DNA of 64,000 nt from an uncultured Gemmatimonadales bacterium (GTDB taxonomy: Bacteria > Gemmatimonadota > Gemmatimonadetes > Gemmatimonadales > GWC2-71-9). The stretch is taken from positions 512,001 to 576,000 of the forward strand of contig CAWCFX010000006.1 in assembly GCA_963795085.1 (NCBI GenBank), in the 5' to 3' direction. Shown one piece after another: positions 9,666 through 19,085 of this stretch. Within the stretch, counting starts at the first letter, position 1, and each line of letters opens with the position of its first letter. The notes under the pieces are model-generated. The model made no database searches. It was not told the origin of the DNA and saw nothing but the letters and a program-made list of their open reading frames with translations. A program made the translations under genes and the position numbers.

Positions 9666-10816
9666 GCCAGGGAGCCGAGTCGGGGTGAGACGATGGAGCG
9701 ATAGAGCCGGTCGTATTGGTCCAGCCATTGGTCCAGGCCATAGACATCCCGCAACCGCGCCGCGGCGTTCGTCGCGCGGCGCCGGGCTTCGCCGCCATCC
9801 TCGAGGGCGCTGGCCAGGGCCGCCGCGAGGGCGGCTGGATCCTCGGGCGGAACCAGCCACCCGGTTCCTTCGGCCAGGACGTCGGGCACCCCGCCGACCG
9901 CGGTGGCTACGATGGGCACCTCGGCTGCCATTGCTTCGAACAGGGAGATGGGCGTCCCCTCGGTTCGAGAGCTGAGGACGAACCGGTCGAATGCGCGGTA
10001 GAGCCTTCCCGCGCCCGGCAGCAACCCATGCCAGCGCACCCGGTCGTTCAGCCCGTGCTGGTGCACCAGGGCATCGAGAGAGGCACGTTCGCCGCCGCTG
10101 CCGACGATCGAAAGAATGACGTTCCTGTCGGGAAGCCGGGCGAGGGCCTGAAGCATGACGTCGGCCCCCTTTTCCCGGCTGAGCCGCCCTACCCAGCCGA
10201 GGACGGTGGCCTCCGGGGGTAGGCCGAGGATCGCCCGGGCCTCTTCGCGGGACAGCACCGCTGCCCGGGTATCGAACCCGTTGGGAATTGTGGCCAGGGC
10301 CGCCGGGGGGACGCCGCGCCCCAGAAGCCGGGCAGCCAGCGGGGCGGAAACCGCAACCACTGCCTCAAAGCGCTTAAAGGCACGCAGCTGGAGGCGTTCG
10401 TAGATCCGGTTCTTCCAATCCCCTCCGGTAAAGCCGTGTACGGTGGTCACCCGGCAAATCCCCAGAGAGCCGGCCACTACCCCGGCCAGCACGTCACTCC
10501 GGTATCCGTGGGTGTGGACCACGTCGGGCCGGAGCCGGGAGAAGATATCGCGATAGTGAGCCCGTTCCCGGCGGTAGGCCCGGGGGGGCAGGGTCACCGC
10601 AATGACCTCAACTCCCGCCGCCGCGAGACTGCCATGCAGCCCCGGCTCGGCCCCGCCCCGGTCCACCACCGAAACGGCACCGACCCGATGGCCCCGGGCC
10701 TGTTGCCCGGACGCCAGCGACGCCACGACGCTCTCCAGCCCCCCAGCCGGCCCGGGAGCCAGGACGTGCAGGACGGTAAGGGGAGATGTTACAGAAGCCG
10801 AAGTGGATGCGATCAC
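9662..10816 (-). CDS. Family 4 (GT-B) glycosyltransferase; start uncertain
   Basis: GGLESVV, VVHTHGY, IPNGFD, VGRLSREKG, SSRTEGTPISLFEAMAA (E-x7-E), TAVGGVPD. Confidence 0.9.
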   Translation of the reverse strand: MIASTSASVTSPLTVLHVLAPGPAGGLESVVASLASGQQARGHRVGAVSVVDRGGAEPGLHGSLAAAGVEVIAVTLPPRAYRRERAHYRDIFSRLRPDVVHTHGYRSDVLAGVVAGSLGICRVTTVHGFTGGDWKNRIYERLQLRAFKRFEAVVAVSAPLAARLLGRGVPPAALATIPNGFDTRAAVLSREEARAILGLPPEATVLGWVGRLSREKGADVMLQALARLPDRNVILSIVGSGGERASLDALVHQHGLNDRVRWHGLLPGAGRLYRAFDRFVLSSRTEGTPISLFEAMAAEVPIVATAVGGVPDVLAEGTGWLVPPEDPAALAAALASALEDGGEARRRATNAAARLRDVYGLDQWLDQYDRLYRSIVSPRLGSLA

Positions 10817-10828
10817 GCGATTTACAGG

Positions 10829-10845
10829 AGCAAGTTGAGTACCAG
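10829..10845 (-). promoter_or_regulatory. Putative sigma54 promoter for the GT4-GT2 pair
   Basis: Minus strand CTGGTACTCAACTTGCT (TGGTAC-N5-TTGCT), immediately upstream of GTG 10816. Confidence 0.6.
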
Positions 10846-10948
10846 AGGAGGTTTCCGGTTCGCCACCTCGTGCCTCGTCCGGGGGAGGGGGATAAATTCC
10901 CTGTTTAGAATTACCCTGCGGCCGGCCCTTCGCCGGCGGGAGCAACGT

Positions 10949-12718
10949 TTGCTGAAGACAGTCGCGCGGGTCACCATCCTGCTGGCAACACTCACCGGGT
11001 GCGGGGAGAGCGGGTCTTCCCCCACTATCACCGTCGCATCGGTCTCGGTGTCGCCGGCGAACTCGATCCTCGGCCTCGGCTTGACCGAGCGTCTGACCGC
11101 TACGGTGCTCGACGACCAGGGGCGAGCGGTGCCGGGCGCCCCAGTCAGCTGGCGCAGCCTTAACACCCGGATTGCCACCGTGGACGGCCGCGGCACCGTC
11201 ACCGCCCTCTCCGTCGGCACGGTAAGCATAATCGCGACCGCCGGCGGAAAGGACGCGTCGGCCACGATTCAGGCGTCCGCGACCCCACCGGGCGCCCTGC
11301 AGCTCATTTTTTCCACCTACCTCGGCGGCAGCCAGCAGGACCAGGTGCGGGACCTTGCCACCGACGCCGCGGGCAATATCTACGTCACCGGGGGCACCTC
11401 CTCGAGCAATTTTCCGGTCACCGGCGGGAGCCTCGACCAGTCGTTCAACGGCACCTACGACGCATTCGTCGCCAAGCTGACACCTTCCGGAAGCATGGTC
11501 TGGGCGACCTATCTCGGGGGGCCCAATTATGACCGGGCCTACGCTATTGAAGTCGACGCCAGCGGCTTCGTGTACGTGGCGGGGAGGGCGGGCGCCGGGT
11601 TCCCGGTCACTCCAGGAGCGTTTCAGACCGCTTTCCAGGGCAGCCCCGACGATCCGCCCTACGGGCCGCAGGACGGATTCGTCTGCAAGATCACTCCCAA
11701 CGGCGACGCGATCGTCTTCTGCAGTTACTTCGGAACCAGTGATCCGCAGATCGTGCGGGACGTGGCGGTGGATGCGCAGGGGGCCATGTATCTCGGCAGC
11801 AGTTCGAGTTCAGGGACCTTTCCGGCCGGCTGGTTTGCGGGGGCCTACCGGCCCAGTCCGGCGGGAGGGCTGGACGGCGTCATCGCCAAGATTTCGCCGG
11901 ATGGCTCCCAGGTTGTCTGGGCGACGTACATCGGGGGCAGCCAGGACGAGGCGGGGGAGGCATCGATCCGGGTGAATGGCGCGGGCGAAGTCTACGCCCT
12001 GTACACCACCGGTTCCGCCGATGCCCCGACGCCGGGAGGCTTCGACCGCACCCTGGGCGGTGGCCGCGATGCCTACCTGGTCAAACTGTCCGCCTCGGGA
12101 CGCAGCCTGTTGTTCGGGACATACCTGGGTGGGAGCGGAGGAGAATCGGTGGAGACGCACGAACTGGTGCTGGACCCCGAGGGGAACCCGGTCGTCGCGA
12201 CCGGCACCCGGTCCACCGACTTTCCGACAACGCCGGGCGCCTACCAGCGAACCTTTGGCGGGGCCGGCGGGCCGACGACCGGCGGCGGCACCAACTACGG
12301 AGGGGATGTGTTCATCGCCCGGATCTCGGCCAGCGGCGGCCAACTGCTCGCGAGCACCTACGTGGGTGGTTCCGAGGGGGAAGGAGCCGAGGGAGTCGGG
12401 GTAGATGCCCAGGGCAACATCTACATATCTGGCGCCACTTACAGCGCCGGGCTGAGCTTCATGCTGAGCGGGCGGCAATCACAACTGGGCGGCGAGGCCG
12501 ACCTGTTCGCGATCAAGTTCGCGCCGGACCTGAGCCGGATCATCTACGGCACCTACCTGGGCGGGACCGGCCAGGATTTCGGCCGGACAGCGACGGTCAG
12601 CAGCAACGGGGATTTTCTCATCGGCGGCAACATTCTTTCGACCAACTGGCCGGTGCTGGGCGCGCTGCAGGGCCAGTCGGGCGGCAGCCTCGACGGGGCG
12701 ATCGCGAAATTCAGGTAG
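10949..12718 (+). CDS. Lipoprotein with Ig-like (Big_2) domain and SBBP beta-propeller repeats
   Basis: Lipobox LTGC after TTG 10949; VSWRSLNTRIATVDGRGTVTALSVGTVSIIAT (Big_2); repeated [S/A/G]TY[L/I/V]GG...D...GNIYVTGGTSSSNFP units. Confidence 0.8.
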   Translation: MLKTVARVTILLATLTGCGESGSSPTITVASVSVSPANSILGLGLTERLTATVLDDQGRAVPGAPVSWRSLNTRIATVDGRGTVTALSVGTVSIIATAGGKDASATIQASATPPGALQLIFSTYLGGSQQDQVRDLATDAAGNIYVTGGTSSSNFPVTGGSLDQSFNGTYDAFVAKLTPSGSMVWATYLGGPNYDRAYAIEVDASGFVYVAGRAGAGFPVTPGAFQTAFQGSPDDPPYGPQDGFVCKITPNGDAIVFCSYFGTSDPQIVRDVAVDAQGAMYLGSSSSSGTFPAGWFAGAYRPSPAGGLDGVIAKISPDGSQVVWATYIGGSQDEAGEASIRVNGAGEVYALYTTGSADAPTPGGFDRTLGGGRDAYLVKLSASGRSLLFGTYLGGSGGESVETHELVLDPEGNPVVATGTRSTDFPTTPGAYQRTFGGAGGPTTGGGTNYGGDVFIARISASGGQLLASTYVGGSEGEGAEGVGVDAQGNIYISGATYSAGLSFMLSGRQSQLGGEADLFAIKFAPDLSRIIYGTYLGGTGQDFGRTATVSSNGDFLIGGNILSTNWPVLGALQGQSGGSLDGAIAKFR

Positions 12719-13394
12719 AGCGGTAGAGCGCGCGATAGAGCGCCGATTCAATTCGCTGAAAGGACCGGACCGCAAAGGGAAAGCTCTGCCGCGCAAGGGT
12801 AGGCACCTTGATGGACCGGATGCCCGCCAGATTGGCCCCCGCGATATCGGTGAAATACTGGTCGCCGACCATGTACACCTGATCGCGGGGAGGCGACCCG
12901 GCGGCTACCAGGGCAAATTCGATCAGCTCCGCGCTGGGTTTTTTCACCGGGTGGCGCTGGTCCGCCGGGGGCGGTTCCACCGCACTCCCGTCCAGGCCGC
13001 TCCACCGCTCGCTCCTTCCTGACCAGCTCCGCAACACCACTTTACCGTCCGCCCGGGTGTAGGCTTTGAGGACCGGTATTTCGGGGAATATTCGCCCCAG
13101 TTCCGAAAAACGGGTTTCGCCGCAGTTTGACAGAATGATCTGGCGGACGTCCGATCGTTCCGCGATCCGGGCCATGGTAGATTGAAACTCCTCCGCCACA
13201 CAGGTGTGGTGATGGGCCATCAAGGTCCCATCCACGTCCCAGATCAAGGCGGCCACCCGGTGCTCGGCCAGGAACGCCTCGTCAATGGCCCTGATATCTG
13301 CTAAGTGATGGGTGGGCTTAAGCTTGGAGACCAGCTTGAAGAAGCTGGGGAGAGCCTGCCGAGTGGTGGTAATCCAGTCGCTGGGAGCGGCCAT
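12711..13394 (-). CDS. HAD IIIA phosphatase, YqeG / PGP-phosphatase-like
   Basis: Motif I WDVDGTL, motif II ILSN, motif III KKP, motif IV VGDQYFTDIAGANLAG. Confidence 0.85.
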   Translation of the reverse strand: MAAPSDWITTTRQALPSFFKLVSKLKPTHHLADIRAIDEAFLAEHRVAALIWDVDGTLMAHHHTCVAEEFQSTMARIAERSDVRQIILSNCGETRFSELGRIFPEIPVLKAYTRADGKVVLRSWSGRSERWSGLDGSAVEPPPADQRHPVKKPSAELIEFALVAAGSPPRDQVYMVGDQYFTDIAGANLAGIRSIKVPTLARQSFPFAVRSFQRIESALYRALYRST

Positions 13395-13657
13395 GGCGGG
13401 CGATTATTCCTCGGAGATTCAGCCGTGCGGGGCACCCGGTCGGGCCGGGGCGACCGCAATGCTGCATTGGTGTCACAGCCAGCGCGGAGTACCCAATTGC
13501 ACGATCTGTGCATAGGATTCCCGCCGTTACGATATTCAAGCCAAAATCATTGCGCTGCCGGGGGTTACCCCGTGCGTAAGACCCAAGCCAAGCCGCCCGG
13601 GGCAGAAAAGAAGATAATCCTGACCGCCGTCTTCGAGCTAACCATTCGCACCTCCCG

Positions 13658-15478
13658 ATGACCGGATCCAAACCCCTCGTGGACGGGCCTCTACAGGTCC
13701 TTCGCCTGGCAGCCTGGTTCGGCCTGTTGACCGGCCTCGGCGAAGTGGCCCTGCTTGCCATCCGGAAGTACCTGCTGCACCGGTTCCTCTTTGCCAGCAT
13801 GGACTCCATCTGGATGGCCCCGCTGGCGGACACCCTGCTTTTCCTGGGAGCGGGCGGGCTGCTGCTCCTGGTGCGGGCGGTGCTGCCCCGGCGCCTGACG
13901 CCGTCCCCGGTGCTGGTCTTCACGGCACTCTCCGCGTTCACCATTCTCCTCATGTACGGGCCGCTTTCGCGCTGGGCCCTCATGATCCTGGCCCTGGGGC
14001 TGGGTGTGCAAGCCTCGCGCGTGGCCCGGCGGCACCCCGAGGGCTTCGGCCGGCTGGTCCGCCGTACTCTTCCCGCGTTTCTGATCCTGGTGGTCCTCGC
14101 CGGCGCCGGGCTCCGGATCTGGATGGCGACCGGCCAGCGGCGTTCGCTGGGCGGCTCTACCGCCCGGACCGGCGCGCCCAACGTCCTGCTCATCGTTCTG
14201 GACACCATCCGGTCCTGGAACCTGGGCGTCTATGGGTATTCGCGAAACACCACGCCTGAGTTGGTGAGCTGGTTCGGGGACGGGGTCCGTTTCGACCATG
14301 CTCTCTCCTCCACTTCGTGGACCCTGCCTTCTCACGCGACGATGTTCACCGGCCGCTGGCCGCACGAGCTCTCCGCCGACTGGTTGACGCCCCTGGACCG
14401 CCGGCACCCCACGCTGGCCGAGGTGCTCGGCTCCCAGGGCTATTCCTCGGCGGGATTCGTGGCGAACACCACGTACGCCAGCTATGAGAGCGGGCTGGGC
14501 CGGGGATTCGGGCATTATCGCGACTACCCGGTGACGTCCGCCCAGGTCGTGCTCAGCTCGGGTCTGGGGCGCTACCTCGCCGGCAGCCGGTTCGTCCGCC
14601 GGAAGTTGCTGCGGGTGAGCGCGGAGGATATCAACCGGAAGGTCCTGGGCTGGCTGGACGATCGGGACCAGGACCGGCCCTTCTTCGTCTTCCTGAATTA
14701 CATGGATGCCCACGGCCCGTACCAGCCTCCCGAGCCCTACGACACGCTGTTCTCGGCGCCGGGATCGTCGGCCTACATCGAGCACCTGCGAGAGGACACG
14801 CCGGCCCGGGAGTGGACCCCGGCGGCCCGGCAGGCGGCTCTCGACAAGTACGACGAATCCATCGCCTATCTCGATGCCCAACTGGGCCGGCTCTTCAGCG
14901 AACTCAAGAGCCGGAATCTCTGGGACAACACCCTGGTCATTGTCACCTCGGACCATGGCGAGGAGTTCGGGGAGCGGGGGATTTTCTACCATGGCAACAG
15001 CCTCTACCGTGCATCGGTGGAAGTTCCCCTGCTGCTGCGACTGCCGGGCCGGGTGCCGCCGGGCGCCACGGTTCCCGCGGCGGTGTCGCTCCGGGACCTG
15101 GCGGCGACCATCCTGGATCTTTCCGGTGCCACCGGCCGGGAACGGCTCCCCGGAAAGAGCCTGGCCCGCTTCTGGGACGGCGGCAGCTCCAGGCCGGACA
15201 CTGTCCTCATGGAACTGAGCTACCTGGCCCGGCTGCCCAAGGGTACACCCATCGCCCGGGGCCCGATGAAGTCCCTCATGGTGGATCACATGCGACTGAT
15301 CAGTAACGGGGACGGCCAGGAAGAGTTGTACGATTTCCTGGCCGATTCAACCGATAGCGTGAACCTCGCGGCCCGACCGGACCAGCAGGGTGTGCTGGCG
15401 GACCTTCGCGCGGCGCTCCAGGCCATGTTCCCCCGCCGGCGGCCCCGGCTGGCCGACACGACCGCGGGCGCCCGATGA
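13658..15478 (+). CDS. Membrane-anchored sulfatase-fold (AlkP superfamily) protein 1, Thr nucleophile
   Basis: About 5 N-terminal TMs; [42 protein letters not shown]...HG. Confidence 0.88.
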   Translation: MTGSKPLVDGPLQVLRLAAWFGLLTGLGEVALLAIRKYLLHRFLFASMDSIWMAPLADTLLFLGAGGLLLLVRAVLPRRLTPSPVLVFTALSAFTILLMYGPLSRWALMILALGLGVQASRVARRHPEGFGRLVRRTLPAFLILVVLAGAGLRIWMATGQRRSLGGSTARTGAPNVLLIVLDTIRSWNLGVYGYSRNTTPELVSWFGDGVRFDHALSSTSWTLPSHATMFTGRWPHELSADWLTPLDRRHPTLAEVLGSQGYSSAGFVANTTYASYESGLGRGFGHYRDYPVTSAQVVLSSGLGRYLAGSRFVRRKLLRVSAEDINRKVLGWLDDRDQDRPFFVFLNYMDAHGPYQPPEPYDTLFSAPGSSAYIEHLREDTPAREWTPAARQAALDKYDESIAYLDAQLGRLFSELKSRNLWDNTLVIVTSDHGEEFGERGIFYHGNSLYRASVEVPLLLRLPGRVPPGATVPAAVSLRDLAATILDLSGATGRERLPGKSLARFWDGGSSRPDTVLMELSYLARLPKGTPIARGPMKSLMVDHMRLISNGDGQEELYDFLADSTDSVNLAARPDQQGVLADLRAALQAMFPRRRPRLADTTAGAR

Positions 15479-17262
15479 CGATCATCCTGCTCGCGCTGGG
15501 AATCGGCGTGGCCACCGGCCTCGGCGAGGTCGTGCTGTTCTGGGCCCAGACCCATCTTCTCCAGCGGTTCATCTTCGTCGGCCGGGACATCACCTGGATG
15601 GCGCCGCTGGCGGAAGCAATCATCTTCCTGGGCCTGGGCCTGGTGCTGGCGCTGATCCAGCGCCTCTGGCGGGGGTTCACGCTCACGATGGCCCTGGGCG
15701 CCCTCGCCACGCTGTCGTTCCTGGCTCTCCTGATGATGTATACCCCGCTGCACAAGGGAGCCGCGCTGGTCATGGCGCTGGGACTCGGTGTGCACACGTG
15801 GCGGATCGGCCGGAAGCACGAAGCCGGGGTGCGCCGGATGGCCGCCAGGGGAACCCCGCTCATGCTGGCCATGGCCCTGATACTGGGCGCCGGCAGCCAA
15901 GGCGTCCGGGCCTGGCAGGAACACCGGGCAGTGGCGGGCCGAGGGCCGGCGGCGGCCGATGCGCCCAACGTCCTGTTCATCATCCTGGACACCGTCCGCG
16001 CGATGAGCCTCTCGGTCTACGGTTATGAGCGGCCCACCACGCCCAACCTGGAAGCATTCGCCCGTGCCGGGGTGCGATTCGACTATGCCTTCAGCAACGC
16101 GCCGTGGACCTTGCCCTCGCACGCCAGCTTCTTCACGGGCCGGCTGCCTATCCAGCTCTCCGCCGGATGGCTGAACCCGCTCGACGACCGCGACCCGACC
16201 ATCGCGGAAGCCCTGGCCGCCCGGGGATACCGTACCGCCGGCTTCGTCGCCAACACCCTCTACGGCGACACCGAAAAAGGTCTCGACCGCGGCTTCCACC
16301 ACTGGGAGGATTTCCCCGTCACCTTAGGGGAGGTGTTCCGCAGCTCGGTCCTGGTCCGCGACCTTGCCACCCGGCGGGCCGTCCGGGAACCGCTTCACAC
16401 CTTCGAGCTGCTGGGACGGAAGAAGGCCGGGGAGGTTACCGGCGGCTTCCTGGACTGGCTCGCCGGCACCGAGGGCGATCCGTTCTTCGCGTTCCTCAAC
16501 TACTTCGACGCCCACGCGCCGTACCTGCCGTCGGCGGATTTCGAGCGGCGCTTTCGGACGCCCGGCCTGGTGCACCCCTACGGGGAATGGGCGCGGCTTC
16601 GCGGAAGGCCCCAGGGGGACTCGCTGATTCCGGCGTGGGTGCAGGACAACCAGGATCGGTATGACGCGGCCATCGCCGAGGTGGATGCCGAGCTGGGCCG
16701 GCTCTTTGCGGAGCTCGAACGGCGGGGGATTCTCGACCGTACGATCGTCATCGTGAGCTCGGACCACGGGGAACAGTTCGGTGAGCACGCGGTCATGGGC
16801 CATGGCAACAGTCTCTACCTGCCGGTCCTGCATGTGCCCCTGCTGATTCGCTACCCGCGCCGGGTGCCGGGCGGGAGCACGGTCTCCCGGCCGGTCTCGC
16901 TCCGCGACATCCCGGCGACCATCACCGACCTGGCCGGCGCGAGCGGCGCCCGATTTCCGGGGCGGAGCCTGGCCCGGTTCTGGGACGGGTCGGACCAGGC
17001 CTCCGCGCCTGACACCCTGTTGATGGCCGTGGAGTACAACCCGCGGCTCCCGAAGGGCAACCCGATCGACCAGGGCTCGATGCGAGCCATCATTCTCGAC
17101 AGCCTCCACTACATCAGGAATGGAGACCGGCGGGAAGAGCTCTACCGGTTCCGGACCGACCCGGCACAGGTCACCGACCTGGCGGGCCGGGCCGCCGAGG
17201 AGGGCGCACTGGCCCGGCTCCGGGGAGCGCTCACCACCCTGGATCCGGAGACGAAGCCGTGA
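15475..17262 (+). CDS. Membrane-anchored sulfatase-fold protein 2, Thr nucleophile
   Basis: N-terminal TMs; [43 protein letters not shown]...HG; ATGA overlap with the previous gene. Confidence 0.88.
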   Translation: MTIILLALGIGVATGLGEVVLFWAQTHLLQRFIFVGRDITWMAPLAEAIIFLGLGLVLALIQRLWRGFTLTMALGALATLSFLALLMMYTPLHKGAALVMALGLGVHTWRIGRKHEAGVRRMAARGTPLMLAMALILGAGSQGVRAWQEHRAVAGRGPAAADAPNVLFIILDTVRAMSLSVYGYERPTTPNLEAFARAGVRFDYAFSNAPWTLPSHASFFTGRLPIQLSAGWLNPLDDRDPTIAEALAARGYRTAGFVANTLYGDTEKGLDRGFHHWEDFPVTLGEVFRSSVLVRDLATRRAVREPLHTFELLGRKKAGEVTGGFLDWLAGTEGDPFFAFLNYFDAHAPYLPSADFERRFRTPGLVHPYGEWARLRGRPQGDSLIPAWVQDNQDRYDAAIAEVDAELGRLFAELERRGILDRTIVIVSSDHGEQFGEHAVMGHGNSLYLPVLHVPLLIRYPRRVPGGSTVSRPVSLRDIPATITDLAGASGARFPGRSLARFWDGSDQASAPDTLLMAVEYNPRLPKGNPIDQGSMRAIILDSLHYIRNGDRREELYRFRTDPAQVTDLAGRAAEEGALARLRGALTTLDPETKP

Positions 17263-19085
17263 CCAGCGGCGCCTCCCGGTCTTCAGTCTCGAGCGGCATG
17301 GTCATCGGGCTGGGGCTCTGGTTCGGGCTGGTCACCGGCCTGATGGAGGCGCTGGTGCTGGGCGTCCGCTCCTACCTGCTGGGACAGCTGGTCCACGTGA
17401 GCTGGCATTTCCCCTGGATGGCGCCCCTGGCCAACGCGGGGTTCTTCCTGTTTCCGGCCCTCGTCCTCGCGCTGGCGGCGGCGGTTGCGCCGAGGCTGGT
17501 GACCTTCCGGCTGGCCGTCTTTGTCTTCCTGGCCATGGGCGCCGCGGCGCTCCTGCTGATGTACCCCAGGATTCTTCCCTGGGCGTCGGCCCTGCTGGCG
17601 GGGGGGCTTGGGTTCCAGTTCTCCCGGACTATCGCCCGCCACCGGGTTGGCATGGAGCGGCTGGTCCGCCGTTCGCTGCTGCCGTTGCTGGGCGTGGTCG
17701 CGATGGCCGCGGCCTCCATGGCCGGATACGGCAAGTTCCGCGAACCCTACCTGCTCTCCCAGTTGCCGGCGGCGGCGAAAGGGGCTCCCAACCTCCTGCT
17801 GATCATTCTCGACACGGTGCGGGCCGCGAACCTGAGCCTCTACGGCTACCAGCGGGAGACCACGCCCAACCTGTCCCGGCTGGCGGCCCGGGGTACCCGG
17901 TTCGACCAGGCGATGTCCCCCGCGCCGTGGACCCTGCCCTCGCACGCCAGCATCCTCACCGGCCGCTGGCCGCACGAGTTGTCGGCCGACTGGGTGGTGC
18001 CGCTCGACGCAACCTACCCGACCCTGGCGGAACACCTGGCGTCCCGCGGGTACGCCACCGGCGGATTCGTCGCCAACGTGGGTTACGGCAGCTGGGAATT
18101 TGGCCTGGACCGCGGATTCAGCCGCTACGTGGACTTTCCGCTTACCCTCGCCACGATCACCGCCAGTTCCTCCATCGGCCGGCAGCTGGACCGGAACCTC
18201 CGGGTCCGGAACCTTCTCCGCACCGATCAGCACCTGGTCCGGGTGAACGCGCCCCACGTCAGCGGGGATTTTCTGGAGTGGATCGACGGACGGGGCAGCC
18301 GGCCCTTCTTCGCGATGCTCAACTTCTATGACGCCCATGGCCCGTACCTGCCGCCGGCGCCGTTCGACCGGAAATTCGACTCCGCGGGGCGCCAGGCCAA
18401 CCTGAGTCCCCTGCACCGCTACCTGGCCCGGCCCCGCCGGACGCCGCTGCCGCCCGAGGTCGTGGCCGCCGAGATCGCGCAATATGACGGGGCCATCGCG
18501 TACCTGGACCAGGAACTGGGAACCCTGTTCGCCGCGCTGGACGCGCGCGGCCTGATGCAGAACACGATCATCGTGGTTACCGCGGACCACGGCGAAGAGT
18601 TCGGAGAGCACGGCATCTATGATCACGGCAACACCCTGTACCGACCCTCGGTGCATGTCCCCCTGGTCCTGGTGGCACCGGGTCAGTCGCCCGGCGTGGT
18701 GACGTCGCCGGTCAGCCTGCGGGACATTCCCCACACGCTGGCCCGACTGGCCACCGGCTCGGGGATGCCCTTTCCCGGACGTCCGCTGAACCAGGCCGCG
18801 GGCGACTCCGTCTCTCCCCCCGTGCTCGCCGAGGTGCGGCAGGGACTCCGGACCCCCGCATGGCACCCGGTGACGCTGGGAGACATGCACTCCGTGATCC
18901 GGGACAGCCTCCGCCTGATCCGCAACGGCGACGGCAGCGAGGAGATCTACCGGGTGTACCGGGACGGATGGGAAACCAGCAATCTCGCCGCCGACTCGGC
19001 GACGCTGGCCGCCGGCCTCCGGGGGCTGTTGCCGCCGATCCGCGGCGATGCCGGCACCGCGATTCAAACAAGGAGAACGCCGTGA
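17259..19085 (+). CDS. Membrane-anchored sulfatase-fold protein 3, Thr nucleophile
   Basis: N-terminal TMs; NLLLIILDTVR, WTLPSHASILTG, NFYDAHGPY, TADHGEEFGEH...HG; GTGA overlap. Confidence 0.88.
   Translation: MTSGASRSSVSSGMVIGLGLWFGLVTGLMEALVLGVRSYLLGQLVHVSWHFPWMAPLANAGFFLFPALVLALAAAVAPRLVTFRLAVFVFLAMGAAALLLMYPRILPWASALLAGGLGFQFSRTIARHRVGMERLVRRSLLPLLGVVAMAAASMAGYGKFREPYLLSQLPAAAKGAPNLLLIILDTVRAANLSLYGYQRETTPNLSRLAARGTRFDQAMSPAPWTLPSHASILTGRWPHELSADWVVPLDATYPTLAEHLASRGYATGGFVANVGYGSWEFGLDRGFSRYVDFPLTLATITASSSIGRQLDRNLRVRNLLRTDQHLVRVNAPHVSGDFLEWIDGRGSRPFFAMLNFYDAHGPYLPPAPFDRKFDSAGRQANLSPLHRYLARPRRTPLPPEVVAAEIAQYDGAIAYLDQELGTLFAALDARGLMQNTIIVVTADHGEEFGEHGIYDHGNTLYRPSVHVPLVLVAPGQSPGVVTSPVSLRDIPHTLARLATGSGMPFPGRPLNQAAGDSVSPPVLAEVRQGLRTPAWHPVTLGDMHSVIRDSLRLIRNGDGSEEIYRVYRDGWETSNLAADSATLAAGLRGLLPPIRGDAGTAIQTRRTP

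Noticed and set aside
13497..13513. Sigma54 promoter TTGCACGATCTGTGCAT upstream of the array
   Set aside because: It has TG instead of the invariant GG at -24; kept only as a palindrome.
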